Origin: Nageia nagi
Taxonomy: Eukaryota > Plantae > Pinophyta
Direction of reading: 5' to 3'
Length of the DNA: 64,000 nt
Assembly (NCBI GenBank): GCA_050084985.1
Contig: JBITNC010000001.1
Coordinates: forward strand, 112,406,001-112,470,000
The position numbers and the translations under genes were made by a program. This document shows, in pieces, positions 26,316 to 39,209 of the stretch; position 1 is the first letter of the stretch, and each line of letters begins with the position of its first letter. The notes beneath the pieces were generated by a model. It made no database searches and was not told the origin of the DNA. It saw nothing but the letters and a program-made list of their open reading frames with translations.

Positions 26316-29300
26316 ACCTTGCTAAAAAGGAATACACTAAATGTGATATTGAATGCCATAATAGTTATAATTTCCATCAAACTTTTTTTGAAGATAAGAA
26401 GTGTTTGCTTTGCATTTTCTATCTCTTTGCTTGAAATGATTATTGTTACCATTATTCTTGCTATTATGATTGTTGTTTCTATTATTCCTATTGCTATTGT
26501 AGCCACTGCCTCTTTTCTCAAACCTTTTGGAGGAAGAAAGATAAGTTTTTTTATGATTGAAATTCTTTTTGAAAGGAGCTTTGGTTGTTCTAAGATTAAC
26601 ATTATAATCATAAAGAGAAGAAATCAATCTTTTATTATTAAGGGTTTTCTCATGCTTCAATAAGTGCCTTGAAAGGTTCTCAAAGAAGATGATTTGTTCT
26701 TCTTCATCAAGCCTTATTTCCATAACTATTACAAACTTTTTAAACTTTAAAAATAGGCTTTGAATAATGATAAATACCATGAACTCATCATTTATTCAAT
26801 TACATTCACAAGCAATAAGTTGGATCTTTAGGTCAATAATTTTGTTCAAGTAGATAGCCACATTTTAATCTTCTCCTTAATGAGATTGAAGAAACTTTTG
26901 GAGAATGGTAAATCATAGAGGTTGCCAAGTCATTCTTTATGTTGTAAGCCTCTAATGCCTTTTCATCTATAGGAGGTACAAGGTTCTCATTCACTATTTG
27001 CCATAGCTTCTTTATCTATAATTCAACACTCATCCAAGGTTCCCAAATTCCATAGTTTGAACTATCAAGAATGTGTTTGGATAAAAAGGATTCTCCCATT
27101 TGCTATATAAAAATATGAAATAATAATAATATGGTTTCACTAATCAATATTAAATGTTATGTTTTATCCATGTAAATAATACATGTTATATTTTACATTA
27201 AATACATGCTTGATTTGATTCACAAGTATAAATGTAGAATTCAAATAATACCCATGTACTCAAATACATTTCTCATATCAAAAACTATAGATGTAGAATT
27301 ACATTGTTAAGGTTTATTTTCTTGTCTAAAATTAGGCTTTCAATTAGATGCCCACACAAGAGGAGCCCAAGTACTACCAATCTTTAACCAATTCCCCTTA
27401 GTTAGTAATATACTTTCATAAGAAGAAGTACTAGCTATTTTTCAAGATTTCATTATTTATTGGATTGACCAAACTATTAATCTTGATTAGTTTTTTAAGT
27501 TTTTCTCTTAAATTATTAGGATAATCCTTGAATATACATGTGGACATATGGTATCACTACATACATACCTATTCAACTAATAGAGTTATGTCCAAACCAA
27601 TAAATGACTTAGAGGAAATTAAAAAGTATGAAATTTTCACCATTTAGATCGTTAGACTTAAAGGCTCCAATCTACCTATCCTCATCTCATGGCTCCCTAA
27701 ACAAGTCATGTTATGGAATATACATATCGATGTGATCATTTTAGAGGGTTTCTCATATCAATATCTATGTTTTTATTTGCATAAATAAATAAATCAAAAT
27801 GCAAAATATTAAATAAAAGAGCATAAGCAAAACATCATCCATTCAATAACTTAAAACCTTAAGAGTCCAATGGATTTTGTTTATTAACCTCTGAAGGACA
27901 TCTTTACATCAGTCATTATTTTATACAAGTTAACTTCAATAAATAAATACTTAAGCATAAGTATGTATTAATTTTAAAAATTTGCATAAGTTAACTATAA
28001 AAATTAGATCCTAAGTGTGCAACATTCTATTGAAAAATAAGTAATAGGCATGCATTATTTAATTTAAGAAGCATTTGTTATTCAATAATTTGCAAAAGTT
28101 AATTCATTAACTTTGCATAAAAAAATACATAAGTCCATTTATTGCATCAAAGATCTAAAAAATTTAACTAGCATAAGTCCATCCCATCACTTTGCATAAG
28201 GAATTAAAAAGCATCATAACTTATGTAATAAACATACATTATTCCAACTTAAGTACTAAGCATGCATTATTCCAACTTATGTACTAAGTATGTATTATTT
28301 TTTAACTTAAAATTTTTAATTTCTAAGCATGCATTATTGACTTCAAAAAAATAAGTCCCCAAAAATTTTAAAGTAAACAAATTTCACAAATATTTCCCCC
28401 CCTTTTACTTTAAAATGATCTTTAAGCAATATGATAAGTACTTGAAAAAAAAATTTAAGTAGTTGCAAATATATTTTTACTTCAACTTAAAAAAAAACCT
28501 ATCATAATATCAAAAAGAAAGGAATTATGCATTTAAATTTTTAACACTTAGCAATGATGATAATAAATATATCTAGGAATTACCTTTTAATGTTAAGTAA
28601 AAAATTAATTTTGACATTAAAAAATATGCTCAAGTAAAATATCTTCCCAAAAAAATTGGCATATTTAAAAAAATAAAGACTTTGACTTAGCCATTAATGC
28701 ATTTTTCTTCTAAGCACACTAAGTCATTAAGGCACATGAAATTCCCTTAAACACTTCGAGCATTTAAAGTAGTTAGTAACGATGACAAGTTTTCTTACAA
28801 GCAATAAAATAAATGCACCAACTAGATCATTAAATGAGAGCCCCTTAAGATGAAAAAGAATAAAGCATGCAAGCAACCCAAAAAATTAAATGTGATTGAT
28901 TAAAATGAGAGGGCATAATTTTTTTGAAAAAGAGAAATAAAAGAAAAAGAAAAAAAAAACACTATGTCAAAAAATTGCAAGGTTTTAGGAGCAAAGGGAG
29001 GTGGAGGCTATGTAGCAAAGAAGAAGGTGTCATGGGGTCGGGGAGGCATCTACAAGAGAGCAGAAAACACAATAACATTGTATGCTAAGTTCATGGCATT
29101 GAGAGCTAGCAAGCCATATGAAAAAAATGGTTGATTTATATTATGTTACGTAGGCACAAGAGGTGTTGGGTAGTTTTCAAAGGAGGCCACGTTTTAAGTT
29201 GACTCGTGATGGTTATGCCTACTAAAGATGAATAGCAATGCATGAGGAGCCATGAAAAGGGGATAGAAAGGAGTAAATATGGGGCTATGTAAGCTAATGG

Positions 29301-30778
29301 AAAAGGTAGTGGCAATAGGTGCCATAGGAGTGGAAACAATAGTGGCTGTAGGAGAAAAAGCAGATGACAAACACTCCAACATGTCCAACAAAATGAAAAA
29401 TGCTACAAGGTCAAGGTGAAGGTGACCAATGCTAGCAAAATATAATTGGGTAGAGCTACTAACTAAGAGGAGGTGGTCGTATGTTGTGGTTTTAAATACC
29501 TTGATAGCCATCTAAGCATGATGTAGACATAATTTGACAAGGCCTGGGAATTGTTTGACAAGATGCATGATGCAAACATAGTTTGATAAGGCCTAGGAAT
29601 TGCTTGACAAGATGCATGATGTATATATAGTTCTATTAGATGCACAAAAGGTGAGTGGTAAAGGCATAAAATCCATTAGAGGTTGAGCTCTCCCTCAATA
29701 GAACAAAAAGACTTTCTTTAATCTTTTTGAAAAAAATGTTTAGACCGCCCCTTTTTATTTATTTATAAATTGAAAAATTAACATAATCCCCCTTATATGT
29801 AAAAAATACTATGCAAATATTTCAAAACTTGTAAATAAAATAAAGTCCACCACTTTTTATTTCAACAATAACATATGTAAAAAATTACATCTTCTTTTTA
29901 ATATTTTCACAAAAGACTATTGTAAAAAAAAATATTCCAATAAGATGCTATCATAATATATTTTTGCTCTAAAAAAGGATTTTCTTTATTCACTAAAAAA
30001 ATATTACCAACATAAAATATTGTTAGTAAGAAGAGAATAGAAAAAATATATTATGGTATTTGAAGTTATTTTTGCTAAGACATTGAGCTAGCATAATCAT
30101 AAAAAAATTAGTATTATAATGAACTTAGTTAAAAAAGGATAGAAGGTTATACCTTTGCACACCTTTTACCTCACAATGAAGAGAAGGATTAAGATATCCA
30201 AATTTAAGAAGGATGGAGGACCTCCAAGATGTTCAAGAGGAGCTTCCACACAAAGGATGTAAAGAGGAGCTTCTAAAGTGCTTTGATACCAAATGAAAGA
30301 ATTGAACTATAGCAAAAAAATCCTAAACTACCAATATCTCTTGAAATCTCACAATACACATCTAACATTCTCAAAAATAAGACAAGATGTAAAGTGGTTC
30401 TTCCAACTAGGAGTACATCCACTAACTAGATCTTTACTTCAATCACAAATACAACTCACTTACAATTCTCCTAATCTCAACTCCTAAAATTTTATCCTAT
30501 AACATAAATTTACTCCATAATTGGTGTGTGATCACAAAGAGGGAGCCTTCTATTTATAGGCCAAAATCCCTCTTTGGATCATCATTTTATCCAATGTACA
30601 AAAGCATTACATGCACATCCTTTTACCTAAGGTGCATGCTCATGACATGGAGTGTAGGTAAGTTACATTATCATATTCACTTAAATACTTAAGGTATCAA
30701 ATGATACCCTTAAGTATTTGTGAATTTACATAGGATATTTAATTAAACCTTTACAATAATGCATTATACATTCCAACA
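26316..30778 (-). mobile_element. 5' half of a Ty1/Copia LTR retrotransposon: LTR 30294-30778, PBS 30280-30291, ~3.2-kb leader, decayed gag 27099-26316, truncated
   Basis: Minus-strand LTR TGTTGG...TTTCA with TATAAATA and PBS TGGTATCAAAGC (tRNA-iMet). gag reads MGESFLSKHILDSSNYGIWEPWMSVEL*IKKLWQIV, ending in an N/R-rich linker and an eroded zinc knuckle (FDGNYNYYGIQYH). Confidence 0.85.
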
Positions 30779-31242
30779 AATTTGACATAAAAAGATACCC
30801 TTAACTATTACCCCTCACCTATCCTAAAAACAAAATGATGTGCCTCCTCCCCACCCAAAAAATACTACTTTATCTTGTCAAGTGTTGTTGATGTGCCTCC
30901 CTACCCTTTCAAGCTCTCCTAAGCACCAAGGGACATGAATAAGTAGAGATCCAATTCCCCTCAACCCAACACATTTGTGTAGGATTCTTTTAAAACTATT
31001 ATTATCAATTCTCTAATTATCAAAAATCAAATTAATTTTGAAATTCAAAAGGGTACTACTATCTCTTAAATTTGAAATACTATTCATGGCAAGAAGATTT
31101 AAATTAATATCTCATATCTTTCACTTTTATTTTATTATATGATTTATCTTTAACATGTAATATCTCCTTCTTTAACTTATGTTTTTCCTTGGTAGGTCTA
31201 GCAAACATAGCCATAAATAGTTGTCGAGGAAGCTACATAATC

Positions 31243-32135
31243 TTAACACTTATGTATATCTCAATGAAAGAGGCCTTTTCTTCTTCAGAATTTTGTCTCT
31301 CTATGAGGTGTTGCTTAAAATGGGAGAATGTGAAAGGCCTATAACATCATGCATGTTGGTTTTCAACCAGTCCATGAGGTGTGCAAATCTCTTTTTCATT
31401 TGGAAAATAAATTAAATAACCTAGCAATATGCGATCCACCCACCCATTGTTGATAACTTAGTGCTCCATGTTGTGCTACATTCCATTGATCCATGCCTCA
31501 CTCACCAAATATTGCATTAATTCATCACTACAAAACATTAGACAAACCATTTTAATTCATCTTCACCTTACAAGACTCATTGGTTGTGATAAGGAATGAG
31601 TTCAATAATGGCTTGACATTCAACCAAGTGCCTTCCTTTTGATCTAATATGAAGGCCACAATTGTTATCTTTGTAAATGATGGTAAACATCCTACCATTT
31701 GTATGAGCAAAGAGAGGGTCCTCATCTACTAATGTTCCCTCAAAAGTGTAGTGTATTATACTTAGGATGGGTGTCTAGTTTTAGAGATCAAACTAATAGT
31801 AAAGGATAGTCATTGTGGGCATCCAAATAAAGGATTCCAAAAATGATTTTGGTTATCATTTGTATGAGATCTTTCGAAAAAGTGCACATGTTTGAATAGT
31901 TTTCTAGAATGGGATTGCAATAATGAATTATTTTTAAGCTTGTAAGATGAAAATATGATATAAGCATAGGAAGATAACATACTAGAAAAATGGATTTCCT
32001 TCTTATGACCATATTTTACTAGACATTTGAAGGACTAAATCATAATGATGTGGTTCGAAGAAGGGGGACATCTCCTAGGAGAGGGAGATCAACTTGAAGA
32101 CCAAAATCAGGGAAAGTCTATATAGAGAAAGGCAT
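31243..32135 (-). pseudogene. 2OGD type-B pseudogene copy B1
   Basis: MPFSI*TFPDFGLQVDLPL, then a large exon-1 deletion, KIWS*EGNPFF, PLFAHTN (D>N), GLHIRSK and a decayed exon 3. Multiple stops and frameshifts. Confidence 0.9.
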
Positions 32136-34203
32136 TGTGGAGGATATTTTGTAGACAAATTAATTTTTCATCTAGGATATCATCCTTATAAGTTCTAATT
32201 ATAACAAATGAAATGGTCTAGATTTTAGGGCTAGCCAACATGCATGCTCATCAAACCTTTGGCTATCATTTCTCCAATTGTGTTATTTCTTTCAAGAGCA
32301 ATAGGTCTATAATGAAGCTGTCATGCTATGCCTCATTTAAATTTGTTAACTTATTTGTTCAATAGGTATATGATGAAGCTATCATGCTATGCCAAATTTA
32401 AATTTGTTGACTTATTTATTCCTATGTAGATATAGATATAGATATACAACAAGAGTTAAGTAAGGGAAGTGCTGATAATCAATTTCTCATGTTGATTTCA
32501 AGTGAATTTAATGAGATTTAAGGATTTAAATGGTTGTAATATGTATTATTTTTTAAGTTTCCTATTATGTTAGGAATAAAAGTTGTTTTTGTTATTGAAC
32601 ATTGTTTGTGTATTAAATATTATTATATGAATTCATAGCATATTATATATAAATATTGTAGATAATCAATAAGTTATAAATATTAATGGTGGAATGTTTA
32701 AAAATGGAATTAATTTAGATAAATTTATAGTATAATTTTCAATGTCTAGTTAGTTTTTTAATATGTAAGTTATATATTTGTTTTTGTAATTTTTTATTAA
32801 AGACTATATCATTTTAATAAATTTTATATTTCCCTACATTTTGAACATCAGATTTAGTGTAATCAATTTTTGGAGGGAGTTCAATCTTAAGGTAAATTAT
32901 TATAAGAACTTCCTTGTGATCATCAATGAGGTAAAATTTTAATGTTTTCTTCAGTATAATTGTAATCGAGATGTACTTGAAATGTAGCCAAATAATAATA
33001 CATTTAAATAACCTTTTATAGACTTAAAATTTTAACTCCTTATAGAAGAGTCAAAGCTTGAACTATTGTAAGGTATTAAATAATTACACATAATTAAGTC
33101 ATTTATTAATTTTTTCATTCATAAAATTAGCTTAATCAAAATACTAAATTCAATTTCGTAAGGCATTTTGTAGAACTTAACTATCTTCAAAATAATTTTG
33201 ATTTCTTTCAATTTATTTTTATTAGTAATTAAAACTTTTAATTGTAAATCCATAAAATACCATTCAATAGAAAAATAATTCATGTATTCTAAACTTATTG
33301 GAAGAAGTGGTAGCTTAAATAAAGGAGAGTAAGAATGGAAAAATATAATGAAATGGAAGAATCATTAAACATGACAATATACAAAATTAAGAATACAAGA
33401 GCACAATCCAAGCTTTTAATATTAATATTTATAACCTTTACACAATAACATCATCATCCCATACTACCCTTAGTTATTGAATAAGTAGTTCCTTATTTAC
33501 CTCTTTCACAATGTAAACCTACTTCAATAACTAAGGATGGTAATAAGATTTTTGATGACAAGAAAAAGTTATATGATTGAAAGGAAAATATATTTATCTA
33601 GATCTTATAAACCTAGTAACAAAAATAGTTTCCAAAGGAGGAAACCACTACCCATTTATACGTAATGGTAACAACAAATAAAGAGAAGCATTAGCAAGAT
33701 GTAGCAAAATGAACACTTCTATAAAAAATAAAAAAATATAACTAATATCTCTTATCTTCAATGGATAAAGTCCCCTACATATTCTGCTATAACTAAACCA
33801 AGAATAGTAAAATTACATCCAAATAAGTCAAACAACTTTTTTCATAATATTTTATTTCTTTCATGGGCTCTACATGACATTGATAGCCTATTTTATTTCC
33901 TTGTGTCTTTTTTTTTTGAAAAATAAGTAATCTCATTCTAATAATATATTCTTTTCTCACCAATACCTATTCAAACTTAGGCTAAATACATACAACTACT
34001 TCAACTAATCATATAACATAAAACAAGAAATATATATTTTTACAAGAAGTGAAATTTATGCAAATAAGAATCAATATTATATTTCTTTTATATAAAACAT
34101 ATATCATTTTGTATAATATTCATATTTTAAACCATCATATCCCTTTTAGTTAAATGATTCAAAAATTCTAAACTTTTGAATTAGAAAGAATGTAAAATTC
34201 ATG

Positions 34204-35900
34204 TGAGATAACTGTAAGATATCTTTATAAAAATATCATTATTAACCTTAATATTAAAGAACTTTCATTAAAAACTTGTTAAATGTATTCTAAGAATGTA
34301 GTTAAATATAAGTTAGAGAAAAATTGTGATTAAATTCATGCAAAAAAGGAGCCATCATGAAAAAGGCGAGTTAAAAGGTATACTTAAACCACTAAAAACA
34401 TGGACCACTATTGTCATGAGGATCAATCATTACCATATTGTTACAAAGAAATTGGAGAGTAGAATCATCAAGAATGTTGATAGAATTACCATTATCAAGG
34501 AGATTTTAAATAATTCAAGGGATAAGTAAAGGAATATTTTGATCAGATGCTTCATTACACTAGTGTCTTACATAATCATATTCATCACTGAGTTAGTTAA
34601 CATTGAAAAGTATCTCAATAAGTTGATATAGTTGCTTTACCTCATAAATTTTTCATCTTTATTTTCACAAATGCAGAAGACATGAACAAAGTTATGAAGT
34701 TGGGCCCTTCATATCTATGTTAGAAGCAGCTACTTTTAAAATGTTGGCATACTAGTTTCTATTTTAAGAAGGATAATATTTATGGTGTTCTTGTATGGGT
34801 CAATTTACCTAATTTACCAACATATTATTCAGATATGAGTATGATTATTGGAATTACAAATATAATAGGATTGTTGTTCTCAATTAAAAAAAGTCACAAG
34901 AATTGAGAATAGAATGAGTGAAGCTAAGTTTTATGTTAACACTAATATTACAATGTGATTAAGGTAAAATATCTATGTTGAGGGGGAAGATGGAGAAACA
35001 TGGGAACAAGAAATAGTTTATGAATATATGCCTATTAGTTGTAGCATATGTAGAAAATTTTATTATTATGCCAAGGAATATTTGGATAATAAGGAGAAAG
35101 AGAAGATGGAAGTCATCAAGTTGTAGGAAGAGTGGAATACCCATGTGTAAAGGAATCAAGGATTCTAGAGAAACAATTAATTTCAAGCAAAAAGAGGTGG
35201 AGGAAATTTTAGAAGGTCACACTTATGAAACTAGGAACCTATTTCATCCTTTGAACCCAAATGAAGGTATTAAAATAGCTAAAAATAGAGAGTAAGAGAT
35301 TTCCCATTGGCAATAATAGATAGAAAAGTAATAATTAGCGATGAAGAAATAGAGGAAGCCAAAAGTAGGAAGTGACAAATAAGTGAAGTAGAAAATACAA
35401 AGAATAGGCAAAGAACAAGAAATGGAGGTTAATGATGGAAAGATACCTCCTACAAGAAGACATTGTGATAATACAATGAGAAAGACACATGATATACATA
35501 AAGGACATATGGAGAGGATTTGAAATTATGAAGTATGAATATACAATATGATTGAGGATATTACCAATAAAAACATAATGCACTATAGAGTAGTGTACTG
35601 GTTGTAAGGTCCCATGTAGTACTCAATGATTACTCATAGTTAGAATATACGAGGAAGTAATGCCAAAAACAGGTTAAAGATCATCAAGAACCTCTAAAGG
35701 GAAGTTCTTATAGATTTTTTATTTATGTAGGAGACAAAGATGAAGAATAATAAGGTGGTAGGAGTGAAAAAGAAAGTTTAAAGGGGAGTATATTTTTTCA
35801 AGAGAGATTAGATGGCATATCAATGGATCTATTTAGATTATGAAACCTGACTACTATAAAAGTAATTCCCTATCCTAATACATCTAATGCATATCTTCAT
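34204..35900 (+). mobile_element. Decayed L1 ORF1 (DUF4283-type) remnant inside the duplicated block
   Basis: GPSYLC*KQLLLKCWHTSF..VLVWVNLPNLP followed by a K/E-rich region. Duplicated at 49450-51190 and starting again at ~63903. Confidence 0.75.
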
Positions 35901-36087
35901 ACACATAGTAAAATAATATTTTTCAGCTACATCTTATACAAAATAAACCAATAAATAATAAATCAGGCATACGTAAATAATTCCAATAAATTCTTCAAAT
36001 ACTCATTTAGTATATTAACATCTACTGGAAAATAAACCATCTATGAGACAACTGAAATAATCCATTACATAACATGTATACCTCTAA

Positions 36088-37242
36088 AATATAAAAACTA
36101 TCCCTCTTATCTTCTCAGAAATATTAAAATTTTACTACCTAATTTGTTATTTACAATTTGTTCCTAATTTACATCTATATGTTTCCACCTTCAAACGTTC
36201 CAACTCTATTTCACTTTTCTTTCTGGTTGGGATAGTGATTGAACGCAGCAGTCAACTGCATATTAACATCCGTTGGATAGTTGTCGTCATATCACAACAA
36301 CATCACTTTCAAAATACCAAACGAGAAGATGTTACATACATACTATCAGACGAACAAATTGATCAATTCAGATTCATACTTGTAAAAGATGGTTCTGAAA
36401 AAGGAGATGGTGCAGATCATGCTGAATGCTCCGATGCCCACCAATCGAAGTAGGTTGGGAGACAAATATTTGAGCATCCGAAAGGGTTGAATGTGTTTGT
36501 GAGCGTGGACAAGAAGGGCATGGTGAAGAGCTTTCAGCACAGGGGTTGAGAATCATCTCAACCAACATCACGTTTGCGTTGGAAGTTAATACATGTCCGT
36601 TGGGAGATCTCATGGATGTAGCATCTGCTATCAAGTACTGGCCCCAAGTAGATATGATGACATACTGAACTGTTTAGCAATTCCATTGAAATAAAGCTCT
36701 CTGTAGATACTGTTAAGCATGTAATTTTCCAGAAATAAAAGTTTTTTTTTTATTTTTTATTTTTTTTCATGTAACAGGAGATAATTATGATGCAGCTATG
36801 CATTCTTTGCTAGAACGAAAGATGGGATTCCATATTTTAATGAAACATATAAACTGTTTACATAAGGGATGATCTAGCATTTTAGATGTTTAATTGTTAA
36901 TACGGTTTCACCATGACAAATGGTTTTTTCAGTTTTATACATTATTTCAGTGAGTAATGAATTCAGTCGCAGTCATGTGTGATAAAGCCCATGATAACTT
37001 TGTCATGGTGAGTCAAAAAGCTATTTGAAATGGTAATGGCTGTGCAGCTGGACAGGTCAATTCATTTATGCATCCGCATTGAGATTTCACGAACAGAATG
37101 CTCTCATCCTTCACCTGTCTAAACATTCTTGGCATATCTTCTCAACCTTAAATTCTCAAAGCCATAATTTTGATATTTTTTAAATTATAAAAATATTTTT
37201 GATATTATGTTAAAATATATAGAGTATCTTGGATATTTTCCT
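36088..37242. other. Foreign ~1.15-kb segment interrupting the 3' region of the type-A pseudogene; contains gene-like fragments
   Basis: The flanks (37243-37345 and ~36010-36087) match consecutive parts of the 2OGD-A 3' region (5730-5832 and 5863-5940). The minus strand of 36996-37043 encodes TAITISNSFLTHHDKV (pectate-lyase-like). Confidence 0.7.
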
Positions 37243-37345
37243 TAAAATCAATACATGACTAACCCAACTAACGATCTAGCTCACACGACCCTATCACTTT
37301 CTCCTTAACAATTTTAAATCACAGAGTTTGAACAAGATGCACAAT

Positions 37346-38291
37346 CTATAACCCTGCATTAAATGGTTCAAGCTGAAAGCTCTATAATATCTTGGATAGT
37401 GGTCGTCCACCAGCAGAGGAGGAGTCCAAATCTCTTTCTCCCCTGGAAAATGCAGGCCACACGGCAAAGATATGCGATCCGTCCACCCTTTCTGAACCAC
37501 TCGATGTTCCGGCTTCGTAACCTTCCTTTGCTGCATGCCTGCACTTTCCTTCATTACTTTATAGCCACAAAAACATTATATCAACACCAACAACTTCTTC
37601 CTGACCTTAAGGCAATCGGCGATATTGATAACAAATTAGTCCGGTTGTGGCTTCACGTCCAACCACTTTCCTTGCTTGACCGAATCTGGAGGCCGCCCTC
37701 ATTACCTGTGTATAGGATGGTAAAGATCGCGCTATCTGTATGAGCAATGAGAGCCTCATCCTCTATCGATTTTCTGTCAGAAGTATATTGAGTGATACGC
37801 ATTGTATACGTCCAAATCGAGGCTTGCAAGCATGGTTTTAGTGATAGTTAGCGCGAGATCTGCCAAGAGGAGCATATATGCTTCAACTGTTTTGCTCAAA
37901 CCGGATAGGAGGACTGGATTAATTTTCAACTTGAATAATAACAACATTATATAAGCAGAGGAGAAGAACATACCAGAATAATGGATTTCCCTCTTTTGGT
38001 CATATTTTGCGAGATATTTCAACTACTGATTCTGAATGACATAGATTGAAGATTGTGAAACTCTCGCTGCCATTCTCACTACCATAGCTACCCAATCTTT
38101 ATTGGACGGCTGATTCTACTTCTTGAAGAAGAGGTTGTCGAATTCCATGGTTGACAACTCTGAAAAATTCAGTTTGGCGATTACCTCGTGATAGTGGGCA
38201 TCATGAGTTGTTAGTGCGAATCGTGAAAGGTTGATCATAGGGAGATCAACTTCAAGACCAACATAGGGGAAGTCTGCAGAGAGCACGCCAT
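37346..38291 (-). pseudogene. Inverted 2OGD type-A pseudogene
   Basis: Colinear with 4633-5729 including both introns. Starts ATG GCG TGC TCT CTG CAG, then a 1-bp frameshift, deletions in all three exons and an in-frame TAA. HTD is retained. Upstream region 38292-38690 is homologous to 4210-4580. Confidence 0.95.
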
Positions 38292-39209
38292 CTTATCACA
38301 CGAATACGACAAACGATGATTTATTAGCAAATGGGTTACCTCATTCTCTCATACACTTAGAATATATATAGATAAGAGGAGTGAATAAATAAAAATTTCC
38401 TTCTACAGATTATTGACAAATTTATCAAATTTGAACGCATTACATAGAGAAATAGTCAAAACAGACCAAACGAACATATTCTGATCAACAAATAGAAACA
38501 CCCGCAACCACGTGTTTCTCCTCATATTTATGTTGAAGTTATCTCCCTATAATTCATAGGGAATGTATTAGGATGCAACTTTTTATGCACATGTTTAATA
38601 GACGGAAAAATATTCCATCTCCATATATATCATACCGCTTTAGTTGTCAATAAACTCCAAAGGTCTTTAAGCATGTGTATCTCTATAGATGGAAGTTTTT
38701 ATATTGAAGTTGTCTTCTCTATACTCCATTCTTGTCAAAATATTGGTTAAAAGTTTTATATATATTTTTTTAAATTTAATAGTGATTATTTTATATATAA
38801 TTAGTTTTTTAAATAAATTATTCTTTTTGCTTATTTTAGGTTTCAAACTAACAAGTGTAGGGTATTCAAGCTATCAAAAGTCATTTGGGTATGATTTGTC
38901 TCATCTGCACTTACCATAACTTGATAGGATTTTAAATATCATGCATTTGAGAGGGAGAGATGAGCCTCAACCTCCCTTTTTTCACTTAAGAGTTTTAACA
39001 ACTTTCTTTCTCACCAACTCCCCTCACAACTATTGGTAGTAATTAATCATAATATACTCCATTTTCGATACCATGCATGTGAGGGGGAGATATTTGACCC
39101 TAGGTCCTCCATTTTTCCAATTGAGAGATTGCAATGGTTTTTATGTAATATTGAAAATTGGATGATGTACATTTTTTTTTATAAACTGGTAGTAATGTAG
39201 ACAAGAGAA

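Noticed and set aside
26319-26663. Hydrophobic 114-aa membrane-protein-like ORF
   Set aside because: Antisense shadow of the N/K/R-rich Copia gag linker.
36235-36668. Intact small protein-coding gene
   Set aside because: Every frame is interrupted and no complete gene model can be built. Treated as a captured fragment only.
36908-37011. miRNA precursor
   Set aside because: Only 13 bp pair, too short for a miRNA/miRNA* duplex, and I recognise no match to a known miRNA.
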